Below, piece by piece: positions 1 to 11,722 of a DNA stretch of 34,819 nt (positions are counted from its first letter, which is position 1; every line of letters begins with the position of its first letter). This DNA comes from Chiloscyllium plagiosum. Lineage: Eukaryota. Location: positions 19,523,196 to 19,558,014 of the forward strand of contig NC_057720.1 in the NCBI RefSeq assembly GCF_004010195.1. Reading direction: 5' to 3'. The position numbers and the translations under genes are program-made. The notes under the pieces were generated by a model, which had not been told where the DNA came from, ran no database searches, and was given only the letters and a program-made list of their open reading frames with translations.

Positions 1-376
1 GTGCTAGGCCTTTTCTCATTGGAATGGCAAAGGATGAGGGGTGACTTGATAGAGGTTTATAAGATGATCAGAGGAATAGATAGAGTAGACAGTAAGAAAC
101 TTTTTCCCCGGGTACAACAGAATGTCACAAGGAGACATAAGTTTAAGGTGAAGGGTGGAAGGTATAGGGGGGATGTCAGGGGTAGGTTCTTTACCCAGAG
201 AGTGATGTGGGCATGGAATGCGCTGCCTGTGGGAGTGGCAGAGTCAGAATCATTGGTGACCTTTAAGCGGCAATTGGATAGTTACATGGATGGGTGCTTA
301 AGCTAGGACAAATGTTCGACACAACATCGTGGGCCGAAAGGCCTGTTCTGTGCTGTATTGTTCTATGTTCTATGTT
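1..376 (+). mobile_element. CR1-clade LINE (HER1-like) 3' end, cut by window start
   Basis: ORF 1-306 is the CR1 ORF2 C-terminus (LGLFSLE..RGDLIEVYKMIRG..FFTQRV..WNALP). It is followed by the 3' UTR stem GGGCCGAA.GGCCTG and a (TTCTATG)n tail. Close paralogue at 18373-18742. Confidence 0.95.
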
Positions 377-1229
377 TATCTAAATTCAGGCACATTCTTT
401 ATACAAAGTAATAGTTCATTTTGTTATGAAAGATTAATTTAGATATAGAAACAAGTTGAGACAAATCTTTAAATTTGTCTTGAATTAGTTTGATGTAAGC
501 ATCGAAGGAAAAGTTCAGCCAACTGTGTGATTGAATACTGATCATAATTATTGAAATATAAACTGATCCTTCTGAAGATGTACTCCTCTTTGGATCAGGA
601 TATAGAATGTGAGGAGACATCATTTATCAGAAATGGCTCTTTACCTGACTGTAACATTGTAAGATGAAGCCCCCATTGGTGGGATCAGTAAACTTGATAA
701 CTGCTGAAATATGTGACCAAAGAAGAACTGACACTTCCACATCAGAAAGCATTCTTTGATGATGACCATGCCTAGGGCCAAGGCTGGGTTCATCTTAACA
801 CCCTAATCTAGAGGCAAAGTAATCATGTTGGTGCAACCAAAATATTTGTTCTCTTTCCAATTCAATTCCAAGCTAGCTTCAAGCAAATACCTACAATTTC
901 CCTGCCACGTGCAAACATGTTACAACACTCCTGATCCATTTGAATCTCATACTTGTTGTAAATTCAATGATTGTGATCGTTTGTATGCATGTGAATTTTA
1001 TAGAAATAAGTAAACAAAATAAAAGTTGTACAAGTTAAATTATTTTCAAGACTTCATTTCTTGGCAGATTAATTTCATTCTTGTAAATACAGTTAATCCA
1101 TTTATAAATTATAGATAGGTGTGAACATTCAGTACACATCCACATAGCGTGCAAACACATATACATGTATAAAGTAAATGTATACACGTTGACACACGTG
1201 TATAGGGGTGCTGATGAATGTGATTCTTC

Positions 1230-1540
1230 TGTCAGCTGTGGCTCAGTTTGTAGTACTGCAGTGGGTTCAATTCTCACATCAAGACTTGAGCGTCAAAATC
1301 TATGCTGACATTATGTGGATGTACAACCATGCTATTTTTCAGACAAGCCATTAAAGTGGAATCTTGGCTGCCCTCGAAGGTAAGGGCAAATCATCTCACG
1401 GTATGTATTATAGTTGAGAGTGCACTTCATTTTTGATGTGGAGGTGCCAGTATTGGACTGGGGTGGTTGTTCAATTTGGATTTCAGTGTCTGAGGCATAC
1501 TGACATCAAGAACGGCATATAAATGCAAGTCTTTCTTTTG
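1230..1540 (+). mobile_element. Degenerate SacSINE1-like DeuSINE
   Basis: tRNA-like head GTCAGCTGTGGCTCAGTT..GGGTTCAA..GACTTGAGC..AAAATCTA.GCTGACA and L2-type tail GGCATATAAATGCAAGTCTTTCTTT. A small Penelope-tail fragment (GGAGGTGCCAGTATTGGACTGGGGTG) sits at ~1435-1466. Confidence 0.7.
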
Positions 1541-1584
1541 TTAAGTACAGATTTGGGTAAAATAATGCTCTTTCAAAGGAAAAA

Positions 1585-1883
1585 TAGATTCCCTACAGTG
1601 TGGAAACAGGCCCTTCAGCCCAACAAGTCCACATCTACGCTCCAAAGTGTAACCCACCCACTCCCATCTGACTAATGAACCTAACAGTATGGGCAATTTA
1701 GTATGGCCATTTCACCTGACCCGCACATTTTTGGACTGTGGGAGGAAACCAGAGCACCTGGAGGAAACCCACACAGACACGGGGAGAATGTGCAAACTCC
1801 ACACAGTTACCCGAGGGGGGAATTGAACCCGGGTCTCTGTCGCAGTGAGGCAGCAGTGCTAATCACTGTGCCACCGTGCCACC
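1585..1883 (-). mobile_element. HE1-type V-SINE
   Basis: Reverse complement of head GGTGGCACGGTGGCACAGTG.TTAGCACTGCTGCCTCAC, V-domain (GTGTGGAGTTTGCACATTCTCCCCGTGTCT) and CR1-like tail. Confidence 0.93.
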
Positions 1884-2170
1884 CCACGCCAAGTAGACCA
1901 CTGGAGAGTCATAACAAGAAGGGGCACTTGTCTTATATAACAAGAGGTAATTTCTGGAATGATGAAATTGGTACAAGTCACATCGATGAGCTAGGGGTAA
2001 TTACTAAGATTATCAGGAGCCAGAAAAGTCAACTCAGTCTCCAAGGGGATCTTATGCAAAATTGCCTGATAGTCTACACAAAGATTGTATGGCATTATCA
2101 AATGCAGTTTCAACATTAACTTTTTCAGAACCACTACCTTATACAACAAATTTCATTGGTACAATCTAAT

Positions 2171-2375
2171 TACAGGGGCCTTGATTTACAAACATCCAAT
2201 GTATGACTGTTGGTACTCACAAACACAATCCCACACAGGGTGATATTTTAAAGACCCAATGTACCAACATTTCCTGTACTTACAAATAGCTGCTTTACAT
2301 TAGCTTGCACTGCGCTCTGACTTGTGTACAATCCGACTTGTGAAAGGACTCCAGAACGGAACATCTGTCTGTGTT
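2171..2375. mobile_element. Probable Tigger/pogo-like MITE remnant
   Basis: TACAGG.. start and CGACTTGTGTACAATCCGACTTGTGAAAGGACTCCAGAACGGAAC resemble Tigger-type terminal sequences; heavily decayed. Confidence 0.4.
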
Positions 2376-2869
2376 GAGAAAACAGGCAATCTCCTGTGTG
2401 TTCAAATAGGAGCCCACCTTTAACTTAAAGAATCGATAAATGGAATCAAAATCACACAAAATATAATGTTCTCACCAAATTTAAATAGTGTAATTCCCTA
2501 CTAACATATTGTAACGTTTGTATGTTAACAGTGTGCAGTGCTGCTTACTCCATTCAATAGCTATTACTAAATGCATACGAATCTAAATATTTACACAAGT
2601 TGTATGCAGAACATTACCAAGCAGTAACAATGATTGTAAGTTCAAAGAATTATATCAATTCAATATATAAATCCCAAGGAGACACATTGCCATCTATTGC
2701 TGGTTTCCCAACATAACTCATGTAAGTCTGTTAATGTCCACGGAACAAACACTCGCACTTAAAACAATGTGTATCTTTAGTTTCATACTCATTTTCAATA
2801 GATGTTCCAACAGAATTTAAAGATGGCTTGGATAAATGACAGAGGAAAAATATACTGCCTTGCACCAGA

Positions 2870-3165
2870 CCATGTTATGGCAATCCAGACTGCTTGGTGT
2901 GAGTTCACTGATTTGAGCAAGGGCTACTGTTTGCCTTTGTGATAGCAGTCTATGGAGCAGAAAAGCATGAACCAGGTATGCACTGGGGATACTGTCCAGT
3001 GACCCCAGTTGAAAAACGCGTGTCTGTGAAAGTTGGATCGTCAGGGACCCTGCTCACAGCAGAGTGGCCTGTCAGCACCGACAGGATTTTACAAATAAAA
3101 CGGTGTCACTTGGGTGACCCCTGTGCTACTGTATCTCCAGTAACCAGTACCTCTCAGAGAAAAGA
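2870..3165 (+). mobile_element. Old SINE-like repeat, family undetermined; second inverted copy at ~15190-15460
   Basis: TGTCCAGTGACCCCAGTTGAAAA..GTGTCTGTG resembles the reverse complement near 15305-15345 (TATCTAGTGTCCCCTGCTGGAATG..TGCCTGTA). Confidence 0.4.
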
Positions 3166-4212
3166 ACAGAGAAAATATCCAATGACATTAGAAAACAATT
3201 TGACTTCTCAATGGAGAGGCTGAACAAATTAGGTTTGTTCTCCTTGGAACAGAAGTGACCAAATAATAACTTCCAGGATGATGAGAGGCTTTAATTTAAG
3301 TTTCTGTGATTCTAGAATAAATCAATACATAAAAAAAATTAATGGTCATTAAGGAACAAAATAATTGACAGACTTTATATTAATTCCTTTCTCCCCTCTT
3401 GAAAGCACTAGCTTATAAGAGAGGGATCTATGGTTTCCAGTAATACTCTTTGTGGAACCTGGAGGGTGAAGTTTATTGATGAAGCTGACCATGAGAACTT
3501 CACTTAGAAAATGTTTTGCTCGCATTTCACCCAGCATGGAAACTATTGTTGGAAACCATCTCCATCACCTCTGAGAAACTGTCACACAAGGGCTGAGAGC
3601 TAAGTGCAGTCAAAGAAACTTGGGCAAATACACAGCTCGACACAATCCCCTCAAAGCTCCAGGGAAGGATCGAGTTTAAAAGTTCATTGTTGATCTTTTT
3701 AGCCGTGGATCATATTTAACGGTGAAAGGTTTCTTTGCTACCTTAGAAATAATGTCTCAGAATTAGTGTAAGATCCATCACTGTCTTATATACTGTCTAT
3801 CCCTCTCAGCTGAAAGATGGACTTGAAGGTCAGTCCCCAGGTCCCAAGGGAGCTCCATACATAGTGATAAAAAGCTGGAATTCAAATAGAGCACCATTTA
3901 ATATCCTTAAGAAATTCTTTACGACATAGAAACTATTGTACTGTGCGTACTCCTTTGTGTGCTTTTAAAGCACTGTGAGGTCAACTCATTGTCTATTCTG
4001 CTGCTACGCAGGGATTGTACACACTGAAATGCCAGCACTGATTGTTATATTTAAGAGAAAAGATAATTAAGCCCTATCGAATTTTCCAAATGCCTATTTT
4101 ACAATGCTTCTTCACGTCAATCACATTCTTTCTCTGAGCTTCATCCCCACTGTATCCTCTGGAGGTATTAGCTCCTTATCTTAGTGAGATCAAGGTGATC
4201 CCACTAAGATTT

Positions 4213-4667
4213 AGAGTTATAGAGATGTACAGCACAGAAACAGACCCTTTGGTCCAACTCATCCACGACGATCAGATATCCTATCCTAATCTAGTCCCAT
4301 TTGCCAGCACTTGGCCCATATCCCTCATGCTCAACCCAATCTAAACCCCTAATCATCTTGTACCCCTCTATCAAGTCACCCCTAAACCTTCTTTTCTCCA
4401 ATGAAAACAGCCTTTCCTCATACGATCTTCCTACCATACCAGGCAACATCCTGGTAAACCTCCTCTGCACCTGTTCCAGTGCCTCCACATCCTTCCTATA
4501 GTATGGCGACCAAAACTGCACACAATACTCCAGATGCGGCCGCACCAGAGTCTCATACAACTGCAACATGACCTCAGGACTCGGGAACTAATTCCTCCAC
4601 CAATAAAAGCCAGTACGCCATATGCCTTCTTCACCGCACTATTTACCTGGGTGGCAACTTTCAGAGA
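4213..4667 (-). mobile_element. CR1 LINE 3' fragment with internal deletions
   Basis: ORF 4291-4569(-) [31 protein letters not shown]; 3' UTR and tail at 4213-4320. Confidence 0.93.
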
Positions 4668-4939
4668 TTAACATAATATTTAGCAGCAGTAAAGATTCCC
4701 TTTACGAAAAAATATGGATTCTGGATTTTCAAACAATGTTTTATGGATTAATGCATTACTTTTATTTCCTTTTAAATACAAACTACTCAGCAATGCTCAT
4801 GTCATACAGTGAATAATAAAAATAAATTTACTTGGTGAATTAACTGTCCAGCTCTAAACTCCAAAAAGTCATAGCCAGAAGATCAAATTACTCCCCCTTC
4901 CAATAGATGGTACAAAACTAGCATTGGTTTCATATGAAG

Positions 4940-5030
4940 GCAAAACACTGGAAATCTGAAACAAACACAGAGTATATTGGAGAAACTCAACAGGTCTTGA
5001 CAGCATCTGTGGTGAGACATTTTGAGTCTG
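4940..5030 (-). mobile_element. Penelope-like pLTR fragment
   Basis: CTGGAAATCTGAAACAAA..GAGAAACTCAACAGGTCT.GACAGCATCTGTGG, the same repeat as at 11560-11722, 22460-22557 and 26930-27025. Confidence 0.6.
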
Positions 5031-6834
5031 GTATAATTATTCATTTTTTAGTTTTGTTTAGGTTGAAAGTATTGACTCACAAATATAAGGTTTTTAGTAA
5101 ACCATAGTTCATCACAGCACGCAGACTGGGCAGGGATGTCTCAGTGCTAAGTTTGCTGTTCTTTTATGACCAGAAAACATCTCCAATAATGTTAAACTTC
5201 TATCTTTGTGCAAGAAGTGAACTGTGCAACTGAGCATTCAACATAGGCAGAATGTGCAGCGCCTATGAAAAGAAATGTTTACTTTAAAGAGATTTAATTA
5301 ACTTGATTTAGAATAAAAGTCACACAATTAACATCAATGAAGAGATGGACAGAAAACCGTTTGCAGCATCGATTTCAATTCACTTATTAGGTAGCAAACA
5401 TCAGCTCTTCTTCCAAATCACTGCCTTCATCTCTAGGCCATAAATCACCTTGGTACCATTCTCCCACATTCCCTTCCCATCCCTCAATTGTCTCTCTATC
5501 CTTGTTAAAAAAAAAACCCTGAAAAACACTCTTTTTTTTAGCCAGCCTTTAATAACCTTCAACCTCTCTCTTCCGGGTTCCTTGGCTGTCTTTTTGAAAA
5601 TATTACTGAAATACTTGGGGAGTTCTTGGACCTGAAAGGCGCTTTATAAATGCAGGTTATCATCAATGTTGGAAATTAGGATTAAAGAAAGCATTTCTAC
5701 AATGCTGTATCCCTCCAAATATTAGAAGGTGTAGTTTTAGTGAATTGGCAGTGCAGGCTGAGATCCTCATGCTATTTGCGTATTTTAAAAATTCAGTGGC
5801 AGAGATCAGTGCAGTTGTCTACATGAATAAGACCCAGCTATCACCCATGTTTGCGAACCCTGAGATGTGCTTCATCTATTGGGAGTGAAGGGGTATAACA
5901 TGAATCTACCCTGGAGTCAGATTAATAGCCGCAATATACTCATACATATTGCAGGGATTTTTGCCTTTCTGACTGTATTTCTTGGAGCTCTTGGTATCTG
6001 TGGTTTGCTTAGTGAGGGGCTTATCTCATTTCTTGTCAGTTGTCTAATTATTAATCAGTATAACACTATACCTAAGGGTGGAAGGACGTTAAATAAGGTA
6101 TAAGTTTTTTCCAGCAGCTTCTGGTTTTGTTTCTGATTTACAGCATCTGCAGTTCTTTCGTTTTTTAAAATAAGTTACTTTGCAGTTCATGTGATATGTG
6201 TGGTAATGAAAATTCAGAAGCAAATTCCCTTCAGAGGCAGAGTAACAGCTGGATATCAGTGCCAGATAAATCTGCAGTAATCCTGAATACTGTTAAAGAC
6301 TGACCAGATTATCACCAGGACTAGGATTCTTTGCATTTTGTTCCGGGTGACTCTGCAAATAATATGCTCATGTTAGACAAGCTGCAGAGCACTGCATTGG
6401 CAGGCACATTGCTTGAACACTTTGCATTTATAGGGACTTTTAGGAGTTTGGCACATTTAGTCTACATCTTTTTTGTTCTCTGAGCTGTTGTTGTTCTCTT
6501 CCAAAAATATGTCTTATTCATTATAATTGTAAAAAAAATACATTCCAAAATGTTTCAACTTGAATCTTACAGAAGTTGCAAAAATTTAACTATGGCGATT
6601 GGATCTGATTGGCTATGAGATCTCTGACTGGGGCTGTTAACCTGGGCTAATCAGGGAGCCCTGGCTGACCAATATAAGCAGGAGATTAGAATCTTCTCAA
6701 ACAGGTAACTGACTCCAAACAGGCTGTGTACTGTGCACAAAAAAGTATAAACAGGAGATTCAGAGAGATTCCTCATTCTAGGAATGGGTTCTGAGCTAGC
6801 TGGTCAGAGGCCAGGTACTGTGCACATGCAAACT

Positions 6835-7230
6835 CAGGGATGATGATTGAAAAGCTGTGAGCTTCGTTTGCTTTACACAGACTCCTGGAAGTATTGGTCA
6901 CAGACAATGGGACATCATTTACCAACAGGGATTTCGAGTATTTCTGAAAGTCGAATGGCATTCAGCATGTTCAGGCAGCTCCATACCATCCATTGTCCAA
7001 TGGTCTGGCTGAAAGAGCAGTCCAAACTTTGAAGGCAGGCTTAAAGAAACAGCCTAAAGTGTCAACTGATACCAAACTGTGCCGGTTCCTGTTTGATTAT
7101 CGGACATCCCCTCACACAACATGGTTAGCTCCAGCAGAGTTGCCGATGGTGGGAGAAAGCTCTGCACTAGATCAAACCTGGTATTCCCAAACCTTAGGGG
7201 CGAGGGTGAAACAGCAGCAGGAAGACTAAT
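6835..7230 (+). pseudogene. Frameshifted Gypsy integrase core remnant
   Basis: EVLVTDNGTSFT..APYHPLSNGLAERAVQTLKAGLKK..RFLFDYRTSPHTT (DDE integrase motifs), with stops and frameshifts. Confidence 0.9.
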
Positions 7231-7734
7231 GCTGGCTACATGCTTCCTCTAAGCGAGAGAGACAATTTACACCAGGAGGTGGCTTTTGGTGCTGGAGCCA
7301 AAGAAATGGCCTGCATGGATAAGAGGAGAGATCGATGCGAGGTCAGGTCCCATAAATTATAAAGTTTGGGTAAGTGAGGCTGGCCTGAGCATGAATGTGG
7401 ATCAGCTGAAAACTGCTACCTCACAAAACTGGGTGGGAGCAAAAATATACCAGGCCCCTCAGAACAGCCAGAAAGGCCTGTCAGAAACCGTGGGTTCTCC
7501 CTCTCCATCTAGTGTTGAGGAAAACTCTGAGTCCAAGGTGGATGCAGCCTCAGTACTGTTACATCTTGAAGACAGAGAGGAAACTCTCCCAAGATGCTCC
7601 AGGCAAATGAGATGGGCTACAGTCTGGTACCTGTCACCTGTGTCCATGTCAGAGTTAGAGGAACTGGGTCTGGGGTGAAAAGGTCCCTGGGAAGCTACCA
7701 GAGAAAAACCAGGCCTACATCCCCGTGCTCAGGT

Positions 7735-7755
7735 TGGGGGGGGGGGGAGGGGGGG
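7735..7755 (+). other. Expanded polypurine tract (G-run) upstream of the 3' LTR
   Basis: G-rich tract GGGGGGGGGGGGAGGGGGGG about 20 nt before LTR start TGTAGT. Confidence 0.6.
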
Positions 7756-7883
7756 CATTGGAGGTGATAGGGATGTAGTATTTGGAATGAGAATCAGGTG
7801 GATCCTATTGGCTGAGATCCTTGATTGGGGCTGTTAACCTGATCCAATCAGGGAGCTTTGGCTGACAGATATAAACAGGAGAT

Positions 7884-8567
7884 AGACGGAGGGTGGGTAG
7901 GCCATTCTGTGAACCTGAAGGTTGGTAGGCTGTCCCAAAAGCCAGAGGGTGGGTAGGCCACCCTGATGCCAGTTGCCCCAAGAGCCAGATGGTGGGTAGG
8001 CCTTTCTGAGCACTGTCGTCCAAGAAGGGATAAACGGGATGGGCTGTCCTATAGGTGGTCGAAAGGTGTCAGAGCAGCCGAGAGCCAGAAGGCACGTAGG
8101 GGGAGGCTGAGATCCGGAAGGCTTGTGGGCTACCCTGCACGCTGTCATCCCAGGGAAGGGGACAGGCTGTCCTAGAGGTGGCCGGAAATTGTGCCAGGAT
8201 AGCACACTAGCCAGACAGCGCATCGGGGTGGGTGAGAGCCCAATGGTATGTAGACCGAGACCCAGAAGGTGGTAGCCGTCCTCAGTGCTGTAACCCCGGG
8301 CAGGTACTGGGGCAGGCTGTCCTAGAGGTGGTCGAAAGGTGCTGAGGGTGGTTAGTGAAGCCGGAAGGTGGGTAGGCCGTCCTGACCGCTGTCACCCCGG
8401 GCGGTTGTCCTCATCTCCCTGTAAGCTGGTTGAACTGTAGGGTTAGGGGCCTGGCTTTGCTGCTCCTTTCCCTTGTAGAATTGCTGTTGTATACAGCTGT
8501 AAATGTTAACTGTTTTTTGTTAACTGTTTTTTGTAAACTGTGTTTTGTAATTTGTTTCAGAAAATAT
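7884..8567 (+). mobile_element. Unclassified 684-bp insert: GC-rich degenerate VNTR plus T-rich 3' tail
   Basis: Flanked by exact TATAAACAGGAGAT at 7870-7883 and 8568-8581; recurring motifs CCAGAAGGTGGGTAGGCC and GGCTGTCCTAGAGGTGGTCGAAAGGTG. Confidence 0.7.
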
Positions 8568-8900
8568 TATAAACAGGAGATCCAGAGTCTCTTCTACGTG
8601 GGGAACAGGCCTTGAGCTGGCTGGTCAGAGCCTGTGCACTGTGCACGTGTAAATAAAGGGTGACTTGGTGTAAGGATACAGGCCTGTGTGCAGTTATTTC
8701 AACAACTCAACTCTATGCAACATGTTCCACTCAAAGCAATCATAATAGCTTAATATTTAATAGAATGTATATTGTAAATTTTTAAGCTATGTCAAATATG
8801 TAGCCTATGGGTAAAACACCTGAAATTAGAAATGTTTTCAGTATACATTAGTCCCATGCTGAGGGGCCTAAATACATTTTCAATGCTCTGGACCTTCGCG

Positions 8901-9110
8901 ATCATAGATTCATATATTACAGAGAGGCCCATCAGCCCATTGAGACTGTACTGCCAAAAATATACTCTTATCTACACTAGTCCCACTCATCTGCACTAAG
9001 CCCATAGTTTTGAATGTTATGACACTTCAAGTGCTCATCTAAGTATTTACCAAAGGTTGTAGATACCCAATGTGTGTTTTCATTAAGGCTCATATTCTGA
9101 GGTTTCCAGC
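8901..9110 (-). mobile_element. Old CR1 3' UTR fragment
   Basis: ATCATAGA..GGCCCATCAGCCCAT..AAGTGCTCATCTAAGTA pattern shared with other CR1 3' ends in the window. Confidence 0.7.
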
Positions 9111-9257
9111 CCCTCAGTGTACTATGGCTGAAAGGCCTTATCCAGTGACTGTGAACACTGCCCTCAGTACATCACCCTGGACCTGGAACTGTGCTGGACT
9201 GCATTATTCAGTTGAGGACAACTCTTTGTGTTTTGGGCAGACCAACAAGTAACTTTA

Positions 9258-9586
9258 GGTGGCACGGTGGCACAGTGGTTAGCACTGCTGCCTCCCAGCG
9301 CCAGGGACCTGGGTTCAATTCCTGCCTTGGGCAACTGTCTGTGTGGAGTTTGCACGTTCTCCCCGTGTCTTCGTTGGTTTCCTCCGGGTGCTCCGGTTTC
9401 CTCACACAAGGCAAAGATGTGCAGGTTAGGAGATTTGGTCATGCTAGATTGTCCATAGTGTTAGGTGAAGGGGTAAATGTAGGGGAATGGGTCTGGGTGG
9501 GTTACTCTTCAGAGGGTACTCTTCAGAGGGTTGGTGTGGACTTGTTGGGCCGAAGGGCCTGCTTCCACACTGTAAGTAATCTATCT
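9258..9586 (+). mobile_element. Full-length HE1 V-SINE with 10-bp TSD
   Basis: Head, V-domain and (AATCT) tail present; TSD AAGTAACTTT at 9247-9256 and 9587-9596; internal 14-bp tandem duplication TACTCTTCAGAGGG. Confidence 0.95.
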
Positions 9587-9699
9587 AAGTAACTTTGACC
9601 AAGTGGATGGTCCTCCAGAAGCTTTCGGATCAACTCTGGAGTCAGGCAGAGTTGACTCCCTCTCCTGCCCTGTACAGAATCCATTATGGACAGAGGAAT

Positions 9700-9915
9700 T
9701 CTATCTGTGTGGATTTCTCAGTCGCTTGGTTCAGAGAATGTCAAACTCCTGCTTGCCCTCTGCTCAGAAACTTCTTCAAGCCTATTTATTTGATCTAGCT
9801 TCTGATCATATGTCCTGTACTTATTCAGTTCCAACATTTGTTTCATAGCACTCCTGTGAAGTGCCTAGGGCTGTTTGACCACATTAACGGTGATGTTTAA
9901 ATGCAAGTTGTTGCT
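9700..9915 (+). mobile_element. L2-clade 3' end remnant
   Basis: CTCCTGTGAAGTGCCTAGGG..TAAATGCAAGTTGTTGCTG L2-type terminus. Confidence 0.55.
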
Positions 9916-10307
9916 GCTAGCCATAATGATAGACTACAGTGAAAATCAGCAACTCTGCCTACCCACAACTAAGACCGGAGCCGGTGCTTACATCATGAGC
10001 GGAATCCTGCTAGCATCAGCACAAAAGTTGGTTCAGTTGTAAAGATATACCCAAACAGTTCACAGCACACTGTGACTAGACAGTGCCGCCTGGAACATGA
10101 CCTCTGCAGCAGTGATTGTCAATCTTATTTAGTTGATATTCATCCTTTTCAAATGGATTAATAAGCATGGACCCCTGAACTAAATTAGGATGCTTTATAA
10201 TAGTCATCACATGAATGTGCTGCATTTAAGGAGTGGCTTCATAATACATTTAAGGAAACCAGGTTATTTGCAAACATCATTGAGATGAGTGTGCTTGCTT
10301 ATTATCA

Positions 10308-10590
10308 CTGTGTGGAAACAGGTCATTCAGCCCATCAAGTCTTCAAACAGCATTCCATGCAGACCAATGCCCACATTTCCCATGGTTAATCCACCTAGCC
10401 TGTATATCCCTGGATGGCCAATCCATCTAACTGCACATCTTTGGATGGTGGGATGAAACTGGAGCACCCGGAGGAAACCAACGCAGACACGAGGAGCATG
10501 TGCAAACTCGAAACAGACTGTGGCCTGAGGGTGGAATTGAACCCAGGTCCCTGATGCTGTGAGGCAGCAGTGCTAACCACTGAGCCACCA
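10308..10590 (-). mobile_element. Older HE1-type V-SINE
   Basis: GGAGCACCCGGAGGAAACC V-domain and GAGGCAGCAGTGCTAACCACTGAGCCACC head, both in reverse orientation. Confidence 0.9.
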
Positions 10591-10923
10591 TGTCACCTGG
10601 CTTGCTTCTCGCTGCAATCAGTTTCTGTCTGGACATCATTCCCTCTTCCTTGGTGAGAAACCCAGTCCATTCTACACTCTGCTCCCAGTCCCTGGTTTGC
10701 ATTTCCTATTACAGTACTTTGCAGATCCTCAGGAGCGTGTGTAAGGAGCCTAGAGAGCTGCAGATCCAGGTTTGAGCACTGAAATAATTTTACTGTGTGC
10801 TCTAATTCTGAGTATTTATTCATTCATGCTGGAAATGCTGAAACAATTTCTCATTCATCTTTTTTGCAAGCATGTTGTGTTACTGCTGAACTGGCACACA
10901 ATCCTAAATAAGCAAGTGGTATC

Positions 10924-11245
10924 TTAGATTAGATTAGATTACATTACAGTGTGGAAACAGGCCCTTCGGCCCAACAAGTCCACACCGACCCGCCGAAGCG
11001 AAACCCACCCATACCCCTACATTTACCCCTTACCTAACACTACGGGCAATTTAGCATGGCCAATTCACCTGACCCTGCACATCTTTTTTGGACTGTGGGA
11101 GGAAACCGGAGCACCCGGAGGAAACCCACGCAGACACGGGGAAAACGTGCAAACTCCACACAGTCAGTCGCCTGAGGCGGGAATTGAACCCGGGTCTCAG
11201 GCGCTGTGAGGCAGCAGTGCTAACCACTGTGCCACCGTGCCGCCC
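10924..11245 (-). mobile_element. Young full-length HE1 V-SINE
   Basis: (TTAGA)n tail at left, CpGs retained, complete head ending GTGCCGCCC. Confidence 0.96.
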
Positions 11246-11344
11246 ACAGAAGCTTGAACACTTTCACCAACAGATGTAGGAACAGCTTTTTCCTGGCCGT
11301 TATCACCCCGATGAATGACCTCTACAAATTCAAATAAGGCGAAT
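11246..11344 (+). repeat. 99-bp exact inverted copy of 11907-12005
   Basis: ACAGAAGCTTGAAC...AAATAAGGCGAAT is the reverse complement of ATTCGCCTTATTT...GTTCAAGCTTCTGT. Confidence 0.95.
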
Positions 11345-11559
11345 ATCCAGCATATCAGCATATACCCAGAGGTCTAATGGGGCATTTTGTAATGTGCTGC
11401 ACTTTCTATCTGCTAGTCATAGATTTGTAATGGATATTCAGAGAAGAATTCGAGCCAGTGTAGGTCAGGTTGTGCCCTGGTGTGGGGAGGTTTAAAACAT
11501 TACAAAATGCCAGAGTGGCAGGTAGCCCCTGTTCACTACATTTAACTGGGGCAAACCCA

Positions 11560-11722
11560 AAACAGACTGGAGAAACTCAGCAAGTCTGACAACATTTGTG
11601 GAGAGAGAAACAGAGTTAATGCTTTAAGTCCAGAAGAAGACTTCTTCAGTTCTGAAGAAGAGACGTGAACAGATGCTGCCAGACCTGCTGAGTTCCTCCC
11701 GTCTTCTCTCTGTTTCAGATTT
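11560..11722. mobile_element. Decayed fold-back Penelope-like pLTR remnant
   Basis: Arms AACTCAGCAAGTCTGACAACATTTGT / ACAGATGCTGCCAGACCTGCTGAGTT around the centre CTTCTTCAG-TT-CTGAAGAAG. Confidence 0.65.

Larger units (their letters stand above)
6595..8704 (+). mobile_element. Internally deleted Gypsy/Ty3 LTR retrotransposon
   Basis: Two LTR-like blocks (~6595-6833 and 7774-8704) share GGGGCTGTTAACCTG..AATCAGGGAGC..TGGCTGAC..TATAA.CAGGAGAT and GCTGGTCAGAG..CTGTGCAC. An integrase remnant lies between them. A G-tract precedes the 3' LTR, which runs TG...CA and contains AATAAA. Confidence 0.88.

Noticed and set aside
9258..9330. tRNA-like A/B-box sequences here and in other SINE heads
   Set aside because: These are HE1 SINE heads followed by a V-domain and tail, with no complete cloverleaf.
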